The notes under the pieces: generated by a model
Database searches by the model: none
What the model saw: the letters and a program-made list of their open reading frames with translations, nothing else
Told to the model about the DNA's origin: nothing
Assembly (NCBI GenBank): GCA_964035545.1
Contig: OZ037768.1
Coordinates: forward strand, 9,890,741-9,954,740
Reading direction: 5' to 3'
Length of the DNA stretch: 64,000 nt
DNA from: Bugula neritina
Lineage: Eukaryota; Animalia; Bryozoa
Made by a program: the position numbers and the translations under genes
Shown here: positions 51,510 to 64,000 of the stretch, in pieces
Layout of the letters: every line of letters starts with the position of its first letter
How positions within the stretch are numbered: position 1 is the stretch's first letter

Positions 51510-54500
51510 ATGGAAAGTGAAGCTCAAGATGAAAATAGGTGAGGGAATGAATGTAACTAAACGTTCTATAGCAGCTATATTATAAAGTTATGATCAGTTT
51601 TGAACTTGCATAAGTAAGTGGGATATAATATAACTCAAGTTATGGTGTTTTGTATGCTAAAAGAGAAAATAATTTTTTCAGTATATGATGCATATTTGTA
51701 GAAAATCGTGGGTTACTTTTTCAGCATTGTTCTACCCATTTCTTTATTAGCACTTCAGTTTCAGAAAATCTACTTGGTGCCTACATTTATTTCGTTTTAA
51801 AACTGGTACAGTAAGCCCAAACAAGTACAAGCCAAAATTTACAAATATAAGGATCAAAGCACATAATCAAATTACCTGTGTTATACAAATATTGTCACCC
51901 CAAATTGGTTGTATATATTAGAGGTTTAGGAGGGTAAACTCACTTTTTGTATAGTTATAGCAACAAAATATTAATAATTTTACAATAAAATGTCCAAGCA
52001 AGCAAAATTACAAAACTATACAAAGTATGAAGGGGAACAATTTAACATATATATTTATTATTACATTAATTTAAACCAAACTAATTAAAGTATAAATTTT
52101 GCAGGCCTTTGGTTGTGCCAAATAATGAAAGGAGTCTTTCTAAGTCATATAAATTAATACAAACTGCAGCTTTAGCATCTCTTTGGATATGTAAGGTAAG
52201 TCCGTATTACATGCACACTTTCATGCATTATTTTATGGGTAAATTAAGTTTGAGGCCAGTTACAGTTTATAAACACTTTTCTGCAATTTCAATTATAAAT
52301 AAAAAGTAGTCTATATGTTGTTATTTAAAACTATAAATAGATATGTACATAATATACATTAGTATTAGTTGTGAACAAATTCTTACTGACTTTCATTCAG
52401 GGGTGTTTTAATGAAATTATTGGTCCAGTATTACCAGAGCTGGTAATACAGACCAACTCTACGTACCACATGGTTGCTAAAGCTGTGTCTATGAGAGGAG
52501 TTGGACATGCTTTTGGTGCAGTTCTTGGTTAGTATTCTAAAGAATATGTGACTTATAACTGTTAAGGTTAGGCTTTTCAATTCTAATTAATATGCAAATA
52601 TACAATGTTGATTTTTAAGTCCTGTAACATCACTGATTCCTGCCTCTATCCATAAGTTCAGAGCTAAAATATTGTATAAAATTTTCTAATTCTATTAATG
52701 TTATGCTTACAAACTGTTTATAGTTGATGCATTTTATTTTTAGGTGGCCTAACAGTGGATCGATGGTTTAAACATGTAGAGATTATCATATCCTGTAGCC
52801 TACTTCTGTATGCAGCAGTCTCAGTAGCCATAGCCTACACACAAACAATTCCATTACTCTTCAGTGTTCTTTTAGGTCAAGGAGCTTTCGAGACAGTTAT
52901 TAACATAGGTGTGAATTCATTCAAGGCAATCTTAACACTATACGTACAATGCTATTACTTGACTTAATTATAAGCCTTTGAAACTATGCCACAGCTGAAT
53001 GTTGAAGCTGTCATTAAAATTAAAATTTGCTGTGGTTTGACTGGTTTAGGTCTTAAACTACTACGTTGGTGTGTTCAGTTAAACAAGAAAAACCCAATCT
53101 GTTAATTTTAGTCATATGATAATAATTCCTTAAGTCCTGATTGAGGTACCATGTCATTTTTGAGCGATCACCATTTTTAGTGGAAGTACAGTTGTCATCT
53201 CATCATTATCAGTAACTAGCACCAAAATATTATATGACAATATAATGCCATTATTGGTACAGCCAACTCTTTACTCTGCAATTATGCTTTTGAAACTAAA
53301 AGAATAATAATTTAGAAAGTGTTTTTACAAACTTAAGTAGTCTAAATGGTTGATATGTTGTAACATCTGTTTAACTATGAAAAAGTAAATGACATGATGT
53401 TCAGACTATACTCTTACAATAGCGCTAGACTCTTGGTGAATAACATAACGTTAAAGTAATTGTCTTCAATACTTTGACCTGTCAGATTGTGTTAAGTGTT
53501 CAGTTTCCATCAGCATGTTTCTTTTCAACACTCAATTCTCCTACGTTTCAGAAAATCTCCTTAGTTGTTGTGCCAAGCAGCCAATGGCAGCTCCACTTCA
53601 CTTACAATTGTTATGTGAGCTTTACTAATTATATCTCCAATCTTATGTTTTCAAGCTGGAACCAGGATGATTTTAAACTCCTGGAAAGAAAATTCGGAAC
53701 CTCCTCTTCAGCTACTGAGTGCAGGATATGGGTTTGGTAGCATGCTAGCCCCTCAGCTAGTCACACCCTTCTTGGATCCAAAGTTATCCAGCGGTGTAAT
53801 TCAAACAGACTATCACAGTTTGTGTAGCAGAGGTGACAATTCCGACAATACAACAGCCACTACAGCTCAATACAGCAACAACACTTCTAGGTTCTTTATA
53901 AAAGCAACTGCTGCAACGTACCCAGCTAGTTTTGTGACCTCCTATTGGATTCTTACAGGTTTTGGGTTGTTTATATCTGCAGTATTTCTATATTTCTACA
54001 TCTACAGTAGACTAACTGTTGACAGAATGACAGCTTGCTACAACAGGAAAAGAGCTATAAGCTGGAACAATTTGAGAAAATCTCTGCTACCTCGAAGTTG
54101 CTCACCTGACAAACCCTTTCTAGCTATGCTAATCATGGCTGCAATGTTCTTTTATTATGCCTTTGGAGTACCCATGTCGAGGGTGTTAGCCAAGTTTTTA
54201 TTTTCCTACGCTAGAGATGGGCCATGCTTCTCTGTCAAAGAGTCCACGCTTTTGGAGACAGCTTATTTTGCTGCCTATACCGGTGGCAGAGTGTTTGCCT
54301 TTTTCATATCAACATATCTTCACACAAAATACATGATACAGGTAACTTCAACTTCTAGAATTATTAGTCATTGGTAGTGAATGTATAATTGCAGTATGTG
54401 TTTTTATATTTATTTGTACTTCAACAAATAACCTTTTACATTTGTTTTATTAAAAATAATTTCCCACAAGTTTGATGAATTAAAATTTTATGTGATACTT

Positions 54501-54869
54501 TTGTAGATATGTGTCCTAGGAGCATCTGCTACATCTTTGATATTATTCTTTTTCTATTCCAATCACACCATCTTGTGGATTTTCTGTTCAGCTCTTGGTT
54601 TCTTCACAGGACCAGTAATTCAGGCATTGTACAGCCTGACTAACCATTATATTGAAGTTACTGCTCCAGCTATGATTTTTCCAAATGTTGGTGCTGCTGT
54701 AGGGAACCTAATATTTTTCTCTTCTGTTGGCTACAGTTATGAGTACTATGGTCCATACTCTCTCTGGAACTACCAACTCTCCCTTTGTGTTGCTGTCTGC
54801 TTTATATCATGGATATTACTCGCACTTGGATTTTTGCATGGTGAAAGATATTTGGATAACGTTCAGTAG
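51510..54869 (+). CDS. MFS transporter, MFSD4/NAGLT1-like, paralog 2 (tandem duplicate)
   Basis: Six exons (51510-51538, 52105-52195, 52401-52527, 52744-52908, 53656-54341, 54508-54869). Same phases as paralog 1 and the same sizes for exons 2-4 (91, 127, 165 nt), with homologous motifs. Confidence 0.82.
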
Positions 54870-55887
54870 TAAAATTACAGAGTTGAAACAGTTTTTGAGA
54901 TTAAAACTTGTTGTATGTTTCCAATAATTGTAAACCAAAGCTTGCTGTTCTATAATAAAATGAGCACTACTCTTTATTAAATCGTGCTGATTTTAGTGCA
55001 TGTAGGCTATACAAAAGAGCAAGAAACTTTATATATATGAAACTTATTTGTCGTTTAAAACTTTGCAACCTGTAAACAACTAAAGCTCAACATTTTGTAG
55101 GTTTTAATTATTATTCCAGAAATTTATTTTGTATGATAACTTTGACTTCTGGAGTAGACAATACTTTTTAGTCACTTTTTCAAGACTGTTGGAATTTTCT
55201 GAAATTGGTACACCTTATTTAAAAGATGTAGCTGACTACAGATTGTAGTGACAGATCAGTGATATTATGAGCAGCTATTGGTCCACAGTAAGCAGCCATC
55301 TTGGATATACAGTGACAATTGTGTGATTGACTAGACGCCAGAACCTAACTAAGATTGCTGTAACAATACCTCTGTGGGGACCTAGACTTTCATATTTCTG
55401 TAAAATTTACTTGCCAACAACACTGTTTAAGCTTAACATTAATGTAAAATCTTATAACATCAGTTTTCTATGCTTATTTATACATGACTTGAAACAGTAT
55501 CACAATATATCGTGCTAATTTATTTTTATATGCAGTCATTTTTGTCACTTTCCAGTATAGTTATTCTAAAATTGAATTAGAAATTTTCAAGTTATATATT
55601 AAGACATTTGTTTTGATAATAGTAGAAATGTATATAAATAATAAATGATGGACCTAAATTATGCTTCTAGTTACAAGTTACATTCTGTACATGTAGTATG
55701 TACGGGCACTGAGCACTTAGGCAACATGTAATCCAACTCACTGCTAACAAAATTCCTTCAATTTATACATCATATTAGAAAACAAAGTCCGAAACTCAAA
55801 TCAACAAATGAAGTGCTTAGTTAATCAATAAAAGTTGTGTTTGCAGCTGATGCCTGGGCCTGGAATGGGTAAACAGTAGTTGTCTTC

Positions 55888-58800
55888 TTATGCTATGGCA
55901 GTTGCTTCTGGTAAAAACTTCTCCCAGTGACTTATCAGCTGTAAGAATCAACACACTTCTATACCAACTGAATATGAAATCTCAAACTCAGAATTGTGCG
56001 AACAAGCAAAGTGAGCATAATTTTTCTAAATAATCAAATAATGCTAGTTAGCTTGTAGTTTTATATACAAATCACATATAAAATAAACAAATGTATGAAT
56101 AAATGATCAACACTCAGATTTCAGCTGCAAGAAATCAATTAATTAATACTAGAAGGTATAACACTTGCCTGCTCCTCATTGTTCAGAAGTCTCTCTAAGT
56201 AGTTAACCAGATTTGCTTTAAAATCTTTGCATCGCTTCTTATCAAACTGAGCCACTTCTTTTTTTAATGCATCACTAATCTTCTTAAAATCTTTTTCACC
56301 TTTCTCCACCTTTTCCTCCCACTTAAAACAAGCGCATCAGTTGTAAGCAAATATACCAAACAAACTAGTTCAATAGTTTACAAGTTTATTCCACATAAAA
56401 AGCATATTGACTAGGCTCTAACAACTCTTATTTCACCAGAGCTAAAAACAGTACATACCTCTTTACATTCAGCTTGTATTTGTGGTAATTTATCAGTTTT
56501 ATGTGCTAGTTCCAGCTTGACCTTGGCTTCACGCTTCTTTGTTAACGCTGCCTCAGCATCCTTCCATGACTTGTATATTTTGATTCTCTCACCAAATACC
56601 TCCTACAAGAATAGCATATAGATATGATTTCAAACGTTATCTTGATAAAATTTCATCTCTCCAAGGATTTTTGGGAATTTGCTCATAACCATAGTAACAA
56701 ATTCATGTTCTCTGAAATTTAGTAAGAAAATTTAGAAAATTAAAACCTGGTAGAATCATTTCATTACGCTGCTTATATAATTCTATTTTTAATTTGAAAA
56801 CTATAGTCTGGCTTGCAAATATAGTTTATAACTACCACGTATTTATAATGATGGCTTAAATTTGTTGATTTCAACGACCTTGACACGATCACCATAGAAA
56901 CACAAATAACTTTATATTTGTTCTCACATAAAATGTTAGTATACATGCATTAAAAGCTAAGCAGATCAACTGTTAGTCTAAATACAGTACAACAATAATC
57001 TTGCGATGAAATGACTTTCAAACAGTTAATCAGGTGACTCATGGCGTACTTAAGAGAAAATACAGCAACAAGAACTGAGATACCGAGCATATTCAACTTG
57101 AATGACTACCTTGACAGCACTTATTTGACTCAAGTAATCTTTTAGAAGTTCGCTGAACGTAAAGAAGTCGGAATCTGCCTGCTCCTCGGTGATCTGTTGA
57201 ATACTCTCTTCGACTTGAGACAACTTAGTCATCACTTGGGAGAGGTTGGTGTGCTCATCCCCACCGGCAACTACAGCCAGCGCCTTAGCCAGGCTACTGG
57301 TACTCTGGGAGCAGGCTGTGTAACAACATACACACATTGAACACACATAATTATTTTAAAAATTTCACTACTTAATACTGTGACTGATTTTAATGCTGAC
57401 AAACACAATATAATGTGGGCAAAACTTAATACAAAAAAATCTTATAGTCGTATCGTTTAATACAAAAGAACTCAAAATGTTTCAGTATTTATAAGCACAG
57501 AGTAGCGACTACAGACATTGGGAGTGCAGAGTAAGCAATTATGTTTCACACACATGCATAGTGACACAAAACAAAAAATTAATTAAAACTATTCTGATAT
57601 TGAAGTGAAAATACTGGTAACTCACTGTGACGCTTGATGACCAGTGTCTCTGAGCTTTCATGTAGCTTTCTAAGTTGGATTTCAAAATTCTCTATTTGCT
57701 GAATTTTATCATCAAACCACTAAATATTGGAACAAAAATATTAGATTATCAACAAATTATAGACAATTCAACAAATGTGATAATTTATTCCGAATCAAAG
57801 CTGCAATAACTAGCATGTGCTACATCTTTGATTCCGACAAGAGCAAATGGTGAAGTCAGAAAAGGCATTGAATCATAACTGCTACTGTAGGACATCAGTA
57901 AGGACAATCACATAACCCTTGACATCTATATTCATATAAACTCTTAATCATGAAAGAGATTGAGACTAGAATAAGTCTAAATTTTAAACAAGAGAATAAT
58001 CTCCATGTAAAATACGAACTCATTACAAGACTTATAGTTGAGAGGTGACGCAGGCTACATGAAGTAACAAACAGACAAACCTGATCAGTTTCTGTCATGT
58101 TAGCAGACAGTTTAGTCACAGCATCACCAACTTTACCAAAGAGACGCATTACGCCGGCTGCACTTAGTGCAGAAGTACCTGAAGCTTTAGGTAAGTCGGT
58201 ATCCATTGTAAGAAAGTCCCGAACATCTGGGTCCATTCTCAGAGTAGAGTGGGCAACTATTCGGTTCATATACCTAAACAGAGACAATACAATAGCAGAG
58301 GTGATAAGGGGGCTGCCAAGGTCTACCATGTGGACTGGAAATCAGTATACGAGAAGAGCACCTGGAGCGCATGCATCCACTATGCTAATAAGGCAGTTAA
58401 TAGTTACTTAAAAACCTCACTCTCATAACTGAGCTTTGAACGGTTTCATAAAATTATCCACCAATCCATAAGAAGCCAAAATTAGAAACATAAATGGGTC
58501 ATTTTACTTAATTTAGTACACACTGGAAAATTCCAGTTGTTAGCTATTTTTCACAATTTAGCTGCTATTGAATATGGACTTTTGCCTAAAAATAATAAAA
58601 TACCAATAAATACACCTAAATAATCAAAGTTCTTTATAATGTTGCTTACTTTCCCATGTTTTTCCTAATTATTCAGCTAATTTGGATTGCGGACCGTAAC
58701 AAAAAACCATGACGGTCCGCAATCAAAATTAGCCAAATAATTAGGAAAAAACATAAGAAACTAAGCAAAATCAAAAAGAACCTCCGTGTATTTAGGTGTA

Positions 58801-61615
58801 TCTATTGATGTTTTATTAGTTTAGAGCAAAAAACAATAGACATAAGCAGCTAAATTGTGAAAAATAACTAAAAACTAAAATTTTGGAGTGTGTACTAAAT
58901 TAAGTAAAATGACTCAAATACAACATAATAAAACAAAATAAAAGCTCTGCCATAGACATAGTTCATTATATTTTCTTTTCTTACCGCTCTAAGGCTGCAC
59001 GACGTTTCTCAATGAAATCTTGAGAGCCTGATTCCTCTTTCGACATTTTAACTTTAGCCATACCTACCGAAATAGTTGGCCTATTAAATATGTATATGAT
59101 TACCTAGAAACTTCCATAAAATAATACTGTATGGATGCAAAACCCCATTTATCAAGAAAGCTCAAGCAACATAAAATAGTAACTTCACACAAATTTCTCA
59201 TTTTATCTCCCAGTTACTGCTTGTAATGTATGACATAACTGAGAAGGAAAGGCTTATACGAACCCATTGCACTTTTCTCCGGTGGTTTTGGAACGATCAC
59301 ACCATTTACTCGGTGCTTATGAACTAACTTCTCATGGAGACCAAGAAAGTCACTGAATCGTCTTTTCACAGAAAATTGTGACTTCTGAAAAGCTGGAATG
59401 CTTGTCTATAAATAAACATTATAAATAACTAAGGACTCTTTTTTTTAACCAGCAAATAAGAAAATTAGAATAATATTGACTCAATGAATATTCTAAATGT
59501 TTTTTGCAGTATGTAGATGCAAATATGTAAATGGAATAAGCTTGTAAAGCATAATAGAAATACGAGCTTTCTATGAATACTTACAACTGTATTTACTTGG
59601 TACACCATGTAGGCATTCATTCCGTCACCAACTTTAGATGGGTTGTTAACACTTATTTCTATATTAAACTGATCTTTAGCTTCAGCCTCCTGCAAACCAA
59701 TATACAAACGACTAGATGGTAAATGTACACATCAGATCACTTAGACAGATTCAATACCAAGTAGCTTAAAAATTGCACTACTACTGAAATAAAGTACACT
59801 CAACAAGTATATCATTGTACTTTTATATACAGAAACATAAATTTTGTGATACACTAATATGTGAATTTCATAATGCAATGCAGGCATATCTAGTTTAGTT
59901 TTATAACACAGTATTGCAAGTTCTACCTCCTCGGGTGTCAACATATCAGCTGAAGGCTTTTCCCCATTCAATGTGAGAGAGGATGATGGTACAGTCTCTT
60001 TCTTGACGGGAAGATCTGAAGATGGAGTAGCAAAAAGATCTTCTCCATCATCAGGATCATTACTAGGAGCACTCAGATCAAGTGTTGTTGGTTCTACTGG
60101 CTCAGCACTATCTTCTTTACCCTCCTCTGTCACAGTAACTATGTGAACAGTCAGAGAATCTAGTCACTCTAATCTTACTAGTATCACACATATTATTATA
60201 GCATGTGTCAAAGAGCACTTAAGAATTAAAACACACTGCAAGTGTACAAAAACCGCTTAATAAGCAAAAAAAGAGGATTTTAATGAAAATTTTATTATAG
60301 TAGCATAAGAAGCATTTACTTTATCAACTGGTAAACAAAAATGTGTTATAGGCCAATTTATTCATGAAAGCTAAAAAGATACTAAAATTGATCATGATAT
60401 ATTTGGTAGTACTAAACTTTTAAAGAAAACATGTACACAGTATTCAACCTATTCCCTCACATGTGCTAGCAATAGGCTGTTCCAAAAATAATCAGCAAAA
60501 CTATTTAAATGAAAAAACTAACAAAAAATATTTTATACAATAAAAAACCTGTTTCGGAGGGTTTAGCATCTATTATATTCTCATCAACTTCAGCATCTAC
60601 ATGAGCGCTTAACTCAGCCGCTGGTTCAGGATCTAATTGAGCTACTGACTCAGTATTTACTTCAATTTTCTACAAAATAATAATCAAAGTACATCAGACT
60701 TACTTTTAAAGTGAAACTAAATTATAACAATAAAAAGAAAATCCAATTGATAAAAATGGCAAGGAGTAAGTCAGTAATTATGCAACAAGAATAAAAATTT
60801 AAACTAGCCACGAGAGTAAGAAAGTGAGAGTATGTGTAGCGAGTACTATCAGTATCAAACATAAGTATAACCATTACAGCCAAGTATATAAAAATAACTA
60901 TCTGACTATCGCCATCACCATGACCAGCCTAAAAGTCAAGGGGCAGACATATGTGATATGATCATGTTGATTGACTTTGAGTGAATGAATTCATTGAGTA
61001 AATTATTATTACGCTTGGAGCGAAAATAATGACCATACTGATAATCACTTCATACTGCTACTCATACTGTAACTGGTGCTATTACTATTAGTATAACTAT
61101 AAAATTAAGTATTACTTACAGTTATAGTCATAAGTTAATGACTTGGGGTTATACTTATTGTTAACCTATACTAACAGTAACACTTAAACTTTACTTATAT
61201 TTATTACTGGTACCGATAGTTATATTTATACATTAACTTATAGTTATAGTGATATACTTATAGCAAGAATTAGTTTCACAGCGTGAATGCAGATGCTAAA
61301 AATTACAATCAATAGTAACGTGATTCACCACACAATATTTCAAAGTAAAAGCAAACGCTTTAGTCATTCTGATACTCAATTCCATACTCAAACTCAAAGT
61401 GAAATGAAGTCGAAAGTCAAACTCAAAGTAAATAGCCTAAAAGCAAATATTTATTCAAGAGATTTTGGATTGCAAAATAAAGACTGAGAGGTAGTCTTGA
61501 CAATTTATAGTACCGGCTGTGATAGTGCACTTTTGAAAATGTCATCGTCGTCATCATCTTCACCAAATAAGTCTGGTTCATTTTCCAATGGGGGAGGTTC
61601 TCGTTCTTCCGCCAT
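55888..61615 (-). CDS. SNX2: Sorting nexin 1/2 (PX-BAR, retromer)
   Basis: [10 protein letters not shown]...[11 protein letters not shown]-terminus. PX: [59 protein letters not shown] domain ending [13 protein letters not shown]. About 12 exons. This is probably the single invertebrate SNX1/SNX2 ortholog. Confidence 0.93.
58496..58915. mobile_element. 420-bp foldback MITE (near-complete palindrome), possibly Sola2-like
   Basis: Arms of ~200 bp, GGGTCATTTTACTTAATTTAGTACACACT... / ...AGTGTGTACTAAATTAAGTAAAATGACTC, centre ATTGCGGACCGT..ACGGTCCGCAAT. 4-bp TSD AAAT and GRG termini. The superfamily assignment is tentative. Confidence 0.8.
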
Positions 61616-61623
61616 AGCTTCTG

Positions 61624-61737
61624 GTCACGTGTGACAACAAGCTGCTACGATTAGTTGCAAACAAGTGAATGGCTTGTTCGCGATTTGCATCTTGTACTTC
61701 TAATCAGCGTGCGTTCTACCTCTGCTTCTGATTGGTA
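61624..61737 (-). promoter_or_regulatory. SNX1/2 proximal promoter motifs: E-box (GTCACGTG) and CCAAT box
   Basis: GTCACGTGTGAC at 61624-61635, just upstream of the ATG. CTGATTGGT (ACCAATCAG on the minus strand) at ~61729-61737. Confidence 0.45.
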
Positions 61738-62603
61738 CATATCGTAGAGTTTTGGGGATAACTCTACTGCACAAATGATTTCTTTATAAATGACAAACAC
61801 TCCGCAGAAAAAAGACAACTCCCACTAAAACACCTCCAATGCTCTCTACTCTATAGTCTATACTCTATACTCTATACTCTATAGTTTATACTGTCAATAG
61901 TCTATAGTGTAGTTTATTTAGGTAATAAACTGATAATATCTTATGATGATCATAAAATAATTTATTCAACTACAGTTTCTGTCCAAAAACAATCGCAATA
62001 ACTATAAATTTATAATCACTACATGTAGTTGACATAACTATAAAAGCCTATACATCAATCTATTGAGGCATTTTTACAAACCTAAATGGTAAATATAAAA
62101 GACAACAGTGTATGATTATTAAATAAAACTGAGAGCAATTACCCAAGTTTAGTAACCAAACATTCAAGCTTTTAATTAATAGAACATGAAATAAAATTAA
62201 CTTATTTTGAGCTATTATACCACATTTACAATCTGAAACAGAATTTTTACAATGAGTCACATTTATTTATGTTGGAAGCATGAAAGACTTAAACATCAGT
62301 TTATAGTTTAGTCATTTGCTGTTTTCTATCTTTTAAATTAATATCATATATTTACGACACCAATAAAAGTTAATAAACCAAACTAGGAAGGTTATTCTCT
62401 GAATGTGCTCTGTGATCTTTTTAAATTATAGTCTGTTTCTTCTCAGAATTTTATGTGTATAGTTCTATATAGTTGCTAGATTATTCATGCTTTCACATAT
62501 CACATTCTGTACAGTTATGTGCATTCTTTGCATACATATAACTAATTTATTTGAAAGAGACATTGAACTGAACTCTATGGCTGTAGTAACAAGAAAAAGC
62601 ATT

Positions 62604-63049
62604 TTAATAATTTATAGGAACTTTTTCACAAATATAGGCTAGTGTAGCGTCGCAGTAACCATCATCAAAATGGTACCAATCATCAGTCGGATGGCGACTA
62701 TCACCATTGGCAAATAGATTAAGGCAGTCTTGTCGACCACCGTAATTATCTGGTTGCCCTGTCGCCCAATCAGTTGTCAGTATTGGGGAGTCTGCAATCA
62801 GCCCATTCCAGTACCACACACCATTTCTTTCAAACCCTCCAATCCAAGATATTTCTCTTAAAATGCTGTGATAAGCTCTATAGCCTCGCATCCAAATGAT
62901 TTCTTCTTTAGATTCAAGAACAGCAAGATGACCACCCATATCTCTGCAAAACCCTTGCGCAGATTTCCAGTTTGCCTTAGGTGACATCACAAACTTATAG
63001 CATGACCCATAAGGACCATCTATCCATCCATTCCCACATGGTAATTTTC
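62604..63049 (-). CDS. C-type lectin domain protein (perlucin-like), final exon; 5' part not resolved
   Basis: CGNGWIDGPYGSCYKFV..NWKSAQGFCRDMGGHLAVLES..WIGG..WATGQPDNYGGRQDC..FDDGYC...YICE*. QPD galactose-type motif. Splice acceptor CCTTAG at ~63050. Confidence 0.9.
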
Positions 63050-63270
63050 CTAAGGCAGTTACTACAAATTCAAATCATTTCATATAAGCTTTCATCAAAT
63101 TTGTTTTTTTCTTTATGAAATATAAAAAATACATACATATGTCTTTTGCGCAATCAACACTGCAATTTGTTTAGTTGGTAAGTTTTGCTTTCTATATACA
63201 AGTATATTTATAAATTCAAAGTCTAATCAAATTATATGAGCTCAAACTCAAAACCCTAAGGTGGTGCAAA

Positions 63271-63803
63271 GGTTTCATCCCGGATAGACGCTTCCCACTT
63301 GAACGCTTCCCAGTTAGGTGCCATTTTTTATTTTGGTGTAATACCTATATATAGTAACATACTTATGTATATGTATAATATATTTATAAAACTGTTGTAT
63401 TGATTGCTAAACATAAAATAGTAGTTATTAATATGAATTATCTGGAATGGTATTCCAATTTTCATGGACTTGTGTGGGACAAAAAAACATTAATACATTA
63501 ATAATCGATATTATCCTTAATGAATACTTATTAATGAAATATTTTTTCAAGCAACAAGAAGTATAAAAAATGCAAAATGAGTAAGTTAATGAAGATCAAA
63601 GGAATTTATTTATGTGCTAAATAACAATAATTGATATAAATATACATATATCTCAATAATATTTAAATAAATTGCACATGAAATACATATATTGTACTAA
63701 AATAAGCAAATAGCATCTAACTGGGAAGTGTCCATGTGGGAAGCGTTTAAGTGGGAAATTTAACCTAGCGTCTAACTGGGAAGAGTCTATCTGGGATGAC
63801 ACC
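63271..63803. mobile_element. Non-autonomous TIR element (Merlin/MULE-like) with subterminal repeats
   Basis: GGTTTCATCCCGGATAGACGCTTCCCA... / ...TGGGAAGAGTCTATCTGGGATGACACC, with repeated GCTTCCCA / TGGGAAG units. Flanks GGTGCAAA / AGTGCAAA (8-bp TSD with 1 mismatch). Confidence 0.75.
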
Positions 63804-64000
63804 AGTGCAAAGAGTTTGCTTAACTTGGGTTTACTTTTTTGGTTTGGTGATTGAGTTTGAGATGTGACTGCTTGATTTCATAGCTAGACAACTTCTCAAA
63901 ATATCAAAGTTTTGCTAAAATTTCCACTATTCTGAAAAAAATTACAAAAGGGTATTTAGTTCTGAGACCCAAACTCCCAAAAATAGTAACAAACAATATT

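Overview
AT-rich, intron-rich animal (invertebrate-like) genomic DNA, not prokaryotic. Spliced genes in order: LRRC74-like (+, 5'-partial), FAM234-like (+), Rab7 (-), Nischarin (+, head-to-head with Rab7), two tandem MFSD4/NAGLT1-like transporters (+), SNX1/2 (-) and a C-type lectin exon (-). The mobile DNA is the most unusual part. (1) A very young BEL/Pao LTR element (38331-44509; two 452-bp LTRs with no differences seen by eye; CTCTC TSD) has a single 1647-aa ORF that keeps Gag, protease and integrase but has lost the whole reverse transcriptase and the first half of RNase H by an in-frame deletion. It also has non-canonical priming sites. (2) A 1.8-kb non-autonomous hAT element is inserted into another copy of itself, and both copies have clean 8-bp TSDs. 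(3) There are four MITE/foldback elements and two copies of a tRNA-derived SINE. Other oddities: a pentapeptide-repeat exon and a frame-constrained 16-nt microexon in Nischarin, a GC-AG intron in SNX1/2, and 3/6-nt-periodic tracts in promoter-proximal introns of three housekeeping genes. All calls were made by eye; no database searches were run.
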